NCBI GenBank assembly: GCA_017409785.1
Contig: JAFQSD010000004.1
Span: forward strand, 48,663-112,662
Direction: 5' to 3'
DNA: 64,000 nucleotides
Source of the DNA: Bacilli bacterium
GTDB taxonomy: Bacteria; Bacillota_I; Bacilli_A; RF39; UBA660
Below, piece by piece: positions 38,344-46,423 of the stretch. How positions within the stretch are numbered: the stretch's first letter is position 1; each line of letters begins with the position of its first letter. The notes beneath the pieces were generated by a model, which searched no databases, was not told the origin of the DNA, and worked only from the letters and a program-made list of their open reading frames with translations. The position numbers were made by a program, and so were the translations under genes.

Positions 38344-40947
38344 ATGAAAGAATATATGACAGTAGATAGTATTGAAACATTAGAAAATGCTCTTTCAAGA
38401 GTAAGAAAAGCTCAAGAAAAATTTTCTAAGTATTCTCAAGAACAAGTAGATAAAATATTCCAAGCTGCTGCTATAGCTGCTAATAAAGCAAGAATCCCTC
38501 TTGCAAAAATGGCAGTTGAAGAAACTGGTATGGGAGTTATCGAAGATAAAATTATTAAAAATCATTATGCATCAGAATATATTTATAATAAATATCGTAA
38601 TGAAAAAACATGTGGAGTTGTTGAAGAAGATTCTGCTTATGGAATAAAAAAAGTTCTAGAACCAATCGGTTTAATAGGAGCAGTTATTCCAACTACAAAT
38701 CCAACTTCAACTGCCATATTTAAAACATTAATAGCACTAAAAACTAGAAATGGTATTATTATTAGTCCACATCCACGTGCAAAGAATTCAACAATTACTG
38801 CTGCAAAGATTGTATTAGAAGCTGCAGTAGCAGCTGGCGCACCTGAAGATATTATATCTTGGATTGATGTACCATCATTAGAATTAACTAATCATTTAAT
38901 GCACTCAGTTGATACAATTCTAGCAACAGGTGGACCAGGAATGGTAAAATCAGCTTATTCTAGTGGAAAACCAGCTTTAGGTGTAGGTGCAGGAAATACT
39001 CCAGTTATCATAGACACATCAGCAGATATCATTTTAGCAGTAAACTCAATTATTCATTCTAAGACATTTGATAACGGAATGATTTGTGCATCAGAACAAT
39101 CTGTACTTGTTATAGATGATATATATCAAGCAGTAAAAGATGAATTCCAAAAAAGAGGCTGCTATTTCTTAAATGATAATGAACTAGAACGTGTTAGAAA
39201 AACAATCATTATTAATGGTGCTCTTAATGCAAAGATAGTTGGACAAACAGCACATACTATTGCTGAATTAGCAGGAGTAAATGTACCAAAGACAACAAAA
39301 ATATTAATTGGAGAAGTAGAATCAGTTGATTTATCTGAAGAGTTCGCTCATGAAAAACTGTCTCCAGTTCTTGCTATGTATAAAGTAAATGACTTTAACG
39401 AAGCAATAAGAAAAGCAAGAAAACTAATAGATGATGGTGGACTTGGCCACACTTCATCATTATATATAAATACAATAACAGAACCTGAAAAAATAGAAAA
39501 ATTCTATAATAACATGAAAACATGTAGAGTTTTAATTAATACCCCATCATCTCAAGGTGGAATAGGTGACTTATACAACTTTAAACTAACTCCATCATTA
39601 ACCTTAGGATGTGGTTCTTGGGGAGGAAACTCAGTATCAGAAAACGTAGGAATCAAACAATTATTAAACATCAAAACAGTAGCTGAGAGGAGAGAAAATA
39701 TGTTATGGTTTAGAGCACCTGAAAAGGTTTATATAAAAAGAGGTTGCTTACCAGTTGCCTTAGAAGAATTAAAAACAGTATTAAATAAGAAAAAAGTATT
39801 TATTGTAACAGACACATTCTTATTCCAAAATGGTTATACAAAACCAATTACAGATAAATTAGAAGAAATGGGAATTGCTTATGCAACATTCTCTAATGTT
39901 GAACCAGATCCAACATTAGCTTGTGCTATTGAAGGAACTAAAGCAATGAATATGTTTAACCCAGATTGTATTATTGCAATTGGTGGTGGTTCAGCAATGG
40001 ACGCTGCTAAAATTATGTGGGTAATGTACGAACATCCTGAAGTTGATTTCATGGATATGGCCATGAGATTTATGGATATCAGAAAAAGAGTATACACATT
40101 CCCCAAAATGGGTGAAAAAGCATACTTTATTGCTATTCCAACTTCTGCTGGAACAGGTTCTGAAGTTACACCATTCGCAGTAATTACTGATGAAAAAACA
40201 GGAACTAAGTATCCACTTGCAGATTATGAACTTATGCCAAATATGGCTATAGTTGATGCGAATACAATGATGAATGCACCAAAAGGATTAACATCTGCAT
40301 CAGGAATTGACGCTGTTACTCACGCTCTTGAAGCTTATGCTTCAATGATGGCAACAGACTATACAGATAGTCTAGCAATTGGCGCATTAAAAACAATTTT
40401 TGAATATCTACCAAGAGCTTATGATAATGGTCCAAACGATCCTGAAGCAAGAGAAAAAATGGCCAATGCAGCTACGATGGCAGGTATGGCTTTCGCTAAT
40501 GCTTTCTTAGGAGTATGTCACTCAATGGCTCATAAACTTGGAGCATTTCATCATATTCCACATGGTATTGCTAATGCTTTAATGATTGAAGAAGTATTAA
40601 GATTTAATGCCGCAGAAGTTCCAACAAAAATGGGAACATTCCCACAATATGATCATCCACATACATTAAGACGCTATGCAGAAATTGCAGAAGCCCTAAA
40701 CTTAGGTGGAACAACAGATAAAGAAAAACTAGAAAATTTAATTAAAGCTATAAATGCTTTAAAAGAAAGAATAGGCATTAAGAAAACAATTAAAGACTAT
40801 GATGTTGCTGAAAGTGATTTCTTAGAAACATTAGATGAAATGACAGAACAAGCATTTGATGATCAATGTACAGGTGCCAACCCAAGATTACCATTACTAG
40901 AAGAAATTAAGAAAATGTACTTAAATGCTTACTATGGAGGTAAATAA
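38344..40947 (+). CDS. adhE: bifunctional acetaldehyde-CoA/alcohol dehydrogenase
   Basis: About 867 aa with an ALDH N-domain and an Fe-ADH C-domain (GGGSAMDAAK). The start was set at MKEYMTVD with RBS ggaggg. Confidence 0.9.
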   Translation: MKEYMTVDSIETLENALSRVRKAQEKFSKYSQEQVDKIFQAAAIAANKARIPLAKMAVEETGMGVIEDKIIKNHYASEYIYNKYRNEKTCGVVEEDSAYGIKKVLEPIGLIGAVIPTTNPTSTAIFKTLIALKTRNGIIISPHPRAKNSTITAAKIVLEAAVAAGAPEDIISWIDVPSLELTNHLMHSVDTILATGGPGMVKSAYSSGKPALGVGAGNTPVIIDTSADIILAVNSIIHSKTFDNGMICASEQSVLVIDDIYQAVKDEFQKRGCYFLNDNELERVRKTIIINGALNAKIVGQTAHTIAELAGVNVPKTTKILIGEVESVDLSEEFAHEKLSPVLAMYKVNDFNEAIRKARKLIDDGGLGHTSSLYINTITEPEKIEKFYNNMKTCRVLINTPSSQGGIGDLYNFKLTPSLTLGCGSWGGNSVSENVGIKQLLNIKTVAERRENMLWFRAPEKVYIKRGCLPVALEELKTVLNKKKVFIVTDTFLFQNGYTKPITDKLEEMGIAYATFSNVEPDPTLACAIEGTKAMNMFNPDCIIAIGGGSAMDAAKIMWVMYEHPEVDFMDMAMRFMDIRKRVYTFPKMGEKAYFIAIPTSAGTGSEVTPFAVITDEKTGTKYPLADYELMPNMAIVDANTMMNAPKGLTSASGIDAVTHALEAYASMMATDYTDSLAIGALKTIFEYLPRAYDNGPNDPEAREKMANAATMAGMAFANAFLGVCHSMAHKLGAFHHIPHGIANALMIEEVLRFNAAEVPTKMGTFPQYDHPHTLRRYAEIAEALNLGGTTDKEKLENLIKAINALKERIGIKKTIKDYDVAESDFLETLDEMTEQAFDDQCTGANPRLPLLEEIKKMYLNAYYGGK

Positions 40948-40948
40948 T

Positions 40949-41695
40949 ATGGAACTAATTGCTCAAAGAAAAAATAAAGAAATTTATGTAGATAACGATA
41001 AAGTAATAAAATTATTTGTAGAAGACCATTCTCAATCAGATATATTAAATGAAGCTCTAAATCAATCTAGAGTTGATGAATATTCAAATCTTAATGTTCC
41101 AAAACTAATTGAAGTAAGAAAACTTGAAAATCGTTGGGCAATTGTATCTGAAAGAGTTGAAGGAAAAACAATTTCACAAATGATGAAAGAGCAACCAGAA
41201 AAAACAGATGAATATTTAAATTTATTTGTAGATGTTCAATTAACAATTCTTTCTAATGAAGTTCCATTACTAAATAGAATTAAAGAAAAATTCACAAGAA
41301 AACTAGAAAATGCAACAAATATAGATGAAAATACAAAGTATGAATTACTACAAAGATTACAAGGAATGAAAAACCATAATAAACTTTGTCATGGTGATTA
41401 TCATCCAAGTAATGTTATTGTTAAAGAAGATGGAACAGTTTATGTTATTGACTGGGCACACGTTACTCAAGGAAATGCCTCAGCAGATGCTGCAAGAACA
41501 TTCCTTCTATTCTCAATTGATAATAATGAAGAACTTGCTGAAAAGTATTTAAATCTTTTCGCAAATAAAAGTGGCATTGAAAAAAGTCATATTCAACGTT
41601 GGATACCAATTGTTGCTGCCACACAAATGACAAAAAATATCCCTGAAGAGCAAGAGTTCTTAAGTAAATGGATTAACGTAGTAGACTTTGAATAA
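40949..41695 (+). CDS. aminoglycoside-phosphotransferase/choline-kinase-fold kinase
   Basis: CHGDYHPSNVIV catalytic loop and VIDWAH. RBS ggagg lies inside the end of adhE, leaving a 1-nt gap. Confidence 0.6.
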   Translation: MELIAQRKNKEIYVDNDKVIKLFVEDHSQSDILNEALNQSRVDEYSNLNVPKLIEVRKLENRWAIVSERVEGKTISQMMKEQPEKTDEYLNLFVDVQLTILSNEVPLLNRIKEKFTRKLENATNIDENTKYELLQRLQGMKNHNKLCHGDYHPSNVIVKEDGTVYVIDWAHVTQGNASADAARTFLLFSIDNNEELAEKYLNLFANKSGIEKSHIQRWIPIVAATQMTKNIPEEQEFLSKWINVVDFE

Positions 41696-41725
41696 GAAGA
41701 TAGATTTCTATCTTCTTTTTTTTGT
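41694..41725 (+). terminator. rho-independent terminator
   Basis: gaagataga ttt ctatcttc followed by a T9 run. Confidence 0.65.
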
Positions 41726-41801
41726 AAAAAATCTGTCCAATACAAAATTTAGTCTCCATAAATTTTTATTTAATGTTATAATCAAACTATGAGGTGATCG
41801 T

Positions 41802-42200
41802 ATGAAGCAAGTAACAAAGCTGATGATAAAAGACTACAAGATCAAGGAGCTAGGTTACGACTTCATGGGATTTCATTTAAATAAAAAAGATATGGCAACA
41901 TTTCATCACTTAATAATACCGAACCGAAAAGGTGGTCCGTATGCGCGATGGAATGGTGCCATTTTAAATGGAGATACATCTCATCCATACCTACACTTAA
42001 TAGAAGCAGTAGACTATGAAAAATTTTGTTATATTACCAGTGAAATGATTGACATGAATGTCAAAGGTTTTTTAGATCCTGTTAATATCCAACATATTAA
42101 TCTAGTACTACGCCAATTTGAAGAAGAACATGGAAAAGATAGAGGTAAGGGTGGAAAATATTTAATTAAAGAAGAGTACAAAAAGAGAATTCTCCAATGA
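41802..42200 (+). CDS. hypothetical protein (weak HIT-like features)
   Basis: FHHLIIPNRK and SHPYLHLIE histidine-rich segments; unassigned. Confidence 0.3.
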   Translation: MKQVTKLMIKDYKIKELGYDFMGFHLNKKDMATFHHLIIPNRKGGPYARWNGAILNGDTSHPYLHLIEAVDYEKFCYITSEMIDMNVKGFLDPVNIQHINLVLRQFEEEHGKDRGKGGKYLIKEEYKKRILQ

Positions 42201-42293
42201 ATTGTCTTTTTTTGCTGCATACAGGGGAAAGGAGAATAAGTGTAAAACTGTATACAATTAGTAAATAAAAATAATAAAAATATAGGAGTAAAT

Positions 42294-43433
42294 ATGAAAA
42301 AACAAGTAGAAAATAGTGATTTAAGATTAATGATTTTTAAAAGTGCAACAGATTTAGGAAATAAAATAGATGAGCACTTACTTGAAATGTATGGACTTGA
42401 TAAAGATGAATACACCTTTGCTGTACCAATAAAAGAAAACTTTTTTGAAGATGGTCATTTTAAAGTAGAAATAGAAGAAACTGTTAGAGGAAAAGATATG
42501 TTTATGCTAACAGATGTTGGAAATTATTCATTAGAATATAAAATGCATGGTTTTATAAATCATACAAGTCCAAATGATTTACTAATGGAATTAAAAGATG
42601 GAATAGGGGCATGTAATTGTCATGCTAAGAATATAAACATCATCATGCCACTACTTTATGCAGGAAGACAACATAGAAGAAATACTAGAGAAAATTTAAT
42701 GTGTGGAATGATGTTAAGAGAATTAGATTCTATCAGTAGAATAAAAAGCTTTATAACATTTGATGCTCATGATCAAGGTGTAGAACATGCAATTCATAAT
42801 ATGGAATTTGATAATTTCTTCCCAACAAATACAATTCTTGAAAGGTTTATTAATGACATGAGTATGAATAGATTAAAGAAGATTGTCTTTGTGGCTCCAG
42901 ACAATGGTGCCACAGGTAGAAGAAATGTCTATCTAAATTCATTTAACTCTAAATATATTCATCGTGAAGCAGGAAGTTTTATTAAACAAAGAGACTATAA
43001 TAATCTTGTGGATGGAAAATATCCAGTTATAGCCCATGACTACTGTGGAAATGAAGAACTAGATGGCTATACAGCCATAGTTAGTGATGATATGATTTCT
43101 AGTGGTGGCTCAATGTTTGATGTAATTGATGAATTAAAAAAACGTGGAGTAAAATATATTTACCTAATGACAACATATGCATTATTTACTAAAGGTATTG
43201 AAAAGTTTGAACAATATTATAAAGACGGTAAATTTGATGGACTATATACAACAAATTTATCATATATACCAGAAGAGTATAAAACATCAAAATGGTTACA
43301 TGTATGTGACTGCTCAAAAGATGTAGCTGAAATAATCTATAATATTCATAATGACCAATCAATATCATCTATATTAAGAGATAAATCATATCCAGTAAAA
43401 CTAGTAGAAAAGAAATTTGAAAGAGATAAATAG
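42294..43433 (+). CDS. ribose-phosphate pyrophosphokinase (Prs) family protein, long divergent paralogue
   Basis: FEDGHFKVEIEETVRGKDMFML, INIIMPLLYAGRQHRR and IVSDDMISSGGS match conserved Prs blocks. Extra insertions bring it to 379 aa. Confidence 0.6.
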   Translation: MKKQVENSDLRLMIFKSATDLGNKIDEHLLEMYGLDKDEYTFAVPIKENFFEDGHFKVEIEETVRGKDMFMLTDVGNYSLEYKMHGFINHTSPNDLLMELKDGIGACNCHAKNINIIMPLLYAGRQHRRNTRENLMCGMMLRELDSISRIKSFITFDAHDQGVEHAIHNMEFDNFFPTNTILERFINDMSMNRLKKIVFVAPDNGATGRRNVYLNSFNSKYIHREAGSFIKQRDYNNLVDGKYPVIAHDYCGNEELDGYTAIVSDDMISSGGSMFDVIDELKKRGVKYIYLMTTYALFTKGIEKFEQYYKDGKFDGLYTTNLSYIPEEYKTSKWLHVCDCSKDVAEIIYNIHNDQSISSILRDKSYPVKLVEKKFERDK

Positions 43434-43460
43434 GATGTACATTGTACATCTTTTTTTCTT
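43434..43460 (+). terminator. rho-independent terminator
   Basis: ggatgtaca ttg tacatc followed by a T7 run. Confidence 0.5.
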
Positions 43461-43494
43461 ATGTTATAATATATACCACTAGAGGAGGCAGCCT

Positions 43495-44385
43495 ATGTTT
43501 AAAACAGATATTAACTTAAACTTATATAAAACATTCTATGAACTATCAAAATATAAGAGTTTTTCTGAAACCGCAAAACAGACTTATATGTCACAATCAG
43601 CAATTAGCAAATCAATTAAAAAGTTAGAGGAAGAACTAGGAACAACACTTTTTGTCAGAAAGAAAAACGGCGTAGACTTAACAGAAAAAGGTGAAGAACT
43701 TCTTTTCTTCGTAGAACAATCATTTAATAGTTTAGTAACAGCTGAAAGAAGAATGTTAGAAACAAATAATTTAGACCGTGGAAAACTTTCTATTGGTATG
43801 CCTTCAAATATAGGTTCATTCTATTTATTTGATCATATTATTAAATTTCATAATGATTATCCAAATATTGAAGTTACTATAATAACTGGTTCAACTACCA
43901 AACTATTAAGTTTACTAGAGTCACACGAAGTAGACTTTGTAATTGATACACCACCATTTAAAAATTTAGATAAAAATAAAACAATTATTAAATTAGATAC
44001 AGTAAATTATTGTTTTATTTCTAAAGATAAAAGTAATATTACAAGTGTTAAAGACTTAGAAGATAAACAATTAATTCTTCCAATTCCAAAAACAGAAAAT
44101 AGAAATAAACTCGATTTAGTTTTTAAAGAAACAAATACTGAAGTCCAAAACGTTTTAAACATCCACACAACAGAAATGATAATTGCTGCCGTTAAAAGAA
44201 ATTTAGGTATTGGTTACGTTATCGAAGACTTAGTTAAATATGAACTAGAAAATAATGAATTATATAAAGTACCAATTAAAGAAGAATTACAAAAAATAGA
44301 CATCGATTTAATATATGATTATAACTATCTTACAACAGCCTCAATTAAGTTCTTAAAAAACTACATGAATATAGATATGAAATAA
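43495..44385 (+). CDS. LysR-family transcriptional regulator
   Basis: N-terminal HTH (FSETAKQTYMSQSAISKSIKKLEEELG) and a C-terminal substrate-binding domain; 296 aa. Confidence 0.8.
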   Translation: MFKTDINLNLYKTFYELSKYKSFSETAKQTYMSQSAISKSIKKLEEELGTTLFVRKKNGVDLTEKGEELLFFVEQSFNSLVTAERRMLETNNLDRGKLSIGMPSNIGSFYLFDHIIKFHNDYPNIEVTIITGSTTKLLSLLESHEVDFVIDTPPFKNLDKNKTIIKLDTVNYCFISKDKSNITSVKDLEDKQLILPIPKTENRNKLDLVFKETNTEVQNVLNIHTTEMIIAAVKRNLGIGYVIEDLVKYELENNELYKVPIKEELQKIDIDLIYDYNYLTTASIKFLKNYMNIDMK

Positions 44386-44462
44386 AGTCATAATTAGTAT
44401 GAATAAAGGATATTAGACATAATGTCCTTTTTATTTTACACTGAATTTGAGGTGGAAATAAT

Positions 44463-45446
44463 ATGTTTAAAAAAATCGGAGTCTTTAAAGACTTTACTGA
44501 TGGTACTATAAAATGTGTTTATGAAAATAACACAAAGAAAGTGATAGAAATATCACTATTATTTAACAAAGAAGATAAAAATGTAGTGTGTGCACCAACT
44601 CATCATTTTTGTAATATGGGTTGTAAAATGTGTCATCTAACTAATAAAGGATTAAATAAAAAAATGAATCCAATTACACAAGAAGACTTTATGGCTGTCT
44701 TATTAGATGCTCTAAGTTATTTCAATAACTCTAAGAAAAAATTAATAATTTCTTTTATGGGAGTAGGAGAGCCATTACTTAATATAGATTTAATCAAAGA
44801 TATTTATCTAAATGAAAAACAAATTAAAGAAAAATATAATTATAGTGAAATAGGTTATGCTGTATCAACAATGATGCCTAATAGAAATGTTGATAGATTA
44901 ATTCAACTTGTTAATCTTTACAACATTCCATTAAAACTTCATTTCTCATTACATACACCAGACGATAAAAAAAGATATGACCTAATTCCAAATACTAAAG
45001 TAAGTATTGATGAAGCTATGCAACTACTAGAGTCATACAGAAGTGAAGTAATGAAAAACAAAAAAATAATGAAAAAGTATGAAAAACTTCATAGTACTAA
45101 TGATCCGGTTGAAATACATTATACTTTAATCAAAAATGTAAATGATAGTGATGATCTATTGAATAAATTAATTAAAATAGAAAAGAAATATCAAATATGT
45201 ATAAAGTTTATTCGCTTTAATCCAATCAATGAATTGGAAAGAAGTTCATCAGAAGAAAAATGGATAGAAACTTTATCAAAAGAGATACCAAACTTAAGAG
45301 TAAAATCATACTCACCTCCAGGTAGAGAAGTAGGTTCATCTTGTGGAGAATTTACTAAACATTATTATCATCAAGAAATAGAGACAGAAGAAGAATTACA
45401 AGAATTTTTAAAATGGAAAGAAAAACATGAACTAATAGAAGAATAG
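44463..45446 (+). CDS. RlmN/Cfr-family radical SAM enzyme, minimal form lacking the N-terminal accessory domain
   Basis: C-x6-CNMGCKMC (extra Cys plus CxxxCxxC), ISFMGVGEPLLN, HFSLHTPDD, CIKFIRFNP and a C-terminal GSSCGEF all align with RlmN blocks. Only about 43 aa precede the first Cys. Confidence 0.6.
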   Translation: MFKKIGVFKDFTDGTIKCVYENNTKKVIEISLLFNKEDKNVVCAPTHHFCNMGCKMCHLTNKGLNKKMNPITQEDFMAVLLDALSYFNNSKKKLIISFMGVGEPLLNIDLIKDIYLNEKQIKEKYNYSEIGYAVSTMMPNRNVDRLIQLVNLYNIPLKLHFSLHTPDDKKRYDLIPNTKVSIDEAMQLLESYRSEVMKNKKIMKKYEKLHSTNDPVEIHYTLIKNVNDSDDLLNKLIKIEKKYQICIKFIRFNPINELERSSSEEKWIETLSKEIPNLRVKSYSPPGREVGSSCGEFTKHYYHQEIETEEELQEFLKWKEKHELIEE

Positions 45447-45455
45447 GAGAATATT

Positions 45456-45791
45456 ATGCTAGAATTTTTATTTAACACAACAATGTCAGGAACTGCTTTA
45501 GTAGCTCCTCCATTTACAACAACAATGACCATAAGTGAAGATGGAAACAATGATGACTTAGCTACAACAACAGCAGCACTTTATACAACTACATCAGTAG
45601 GAGCAAGTATCTATATGAATATAGATGAGATAAAACAAGTATTTGATGCAATTGCTTGTTTAGAATCATATAGTCAATCTGAATTACAAGAATTAGACAA
45701 TTTACTCCAAGCTAAATCATTGGAATTTGATTTACCAGCACAAGAATTGCTTGATAAACCAAAAGTATTTATGAAAAACTATACAAAATAA
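45456..45791 (+). CDS. small acidic protein with Thr-rich N-terminus, unknown
   Basis: GGAG RBS, 9 nt after the radical SAM stop; 111 aa. Confidence 0.35.
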   Translation: MLEFLFNTTMSGTALVAPPFTTTMTISEDGNNDDLATTTAALYTTTSVGASIYMNIDEIKQVFDAIACLESYSQSELQELDNLLQAKSLEFDLPAQELLDKPKVFMKNYTK

Positions 45792-45836
45792 ATAATTTAT
45801 GTTATAATATGAAAGCGCTTAAGGGAGAGGAATATT

Positions 45837-46352
45837 ATGGCAGATTTAAGAGATATATATTTTGTAGTAGGAAAAAACTTATTTGAAAAAGATTTTGATC
45901 ATCAAACAACTGAACAAAAGAAAAAGTTAGTTGAAGGTTCGTTAAAAACATATGTAGCATCAAAAATAGTAAGAGAAAGTACTGAACAAGCATTTAAACT
46001 AAGTGAAAATCCAAATGTATCTTTAGATGAATTAGTTGAATTACTAGGTGAATTAATTCCTGAAGAAAAACATTTTGATACAATGAGACATTTAACTCAC
46101 TTTATGTTAAATATTGCTGGAGAAATGCAAGGTTGGTCAATTACTTGGTGGGATGAACAATTTATTGATAATCCATTAATTAAGTTTAATGAAGAAGGTA
46201 AAATTGATTCATTAACTACTCATAAATCATCATCATATGTACAAACTTTTAAATTTGTACATGACGTTTTTACAAGTTCATTTATGAATGAAAAAAATCA
46301 AAACAAACAATATACTTTGAAAGATACAAGAAAACAAGAAAGTAACGCTTAG
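45837..46352 (+). CDS. hypothetical protein
   Basis: RBS aagggagagg and its own TGtTATAAT promoter. Confidence 0.35.
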   Translation: MADLRDIYFVVGKNLFEKDFDHQTTEQKKKLVEGSLKTYVASKIVRESTEQAFKLSENPNVSLDELVELLGELIPEEKHFDTMRHLTHFMLNIAGEMQGWSITWWDEQFIDNPLIKFNEEGKIDSLTTHKSSSYVQTFKFVHDVFTSSFMNEKNQNKQYTLKDTRKQESNA

Positions 46353-46423
46353 TTGCTTTCTTTTCTTTTATTGAAAATAAAAGAAAAATATGTTAGTATA
46401 TAAGGCATTTAAGGGGGATATAT

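Noticed and set aside
42029-42415. 128-aa ORF on the - strand spanning the end of the 132-aa gene, the intergenic region and the start of the Prs-like gene
   Set aside because: It overlaps two better-supported + strand genes, has no RBS, and has a Cys/Ser/Phe-rich low-complexity translation.
45456-45620. Treating the Thr-rich first half of the 111-aa ORF as non-coding ACAACA repeat DNA and starting the protein at the internal Met (MNIDEIK)
   Set aside because: The internal ATG has no RBS, whereas the upstream ATG has GGAG at ideal spacing. It is kept as one ORF but flagged as unusual.
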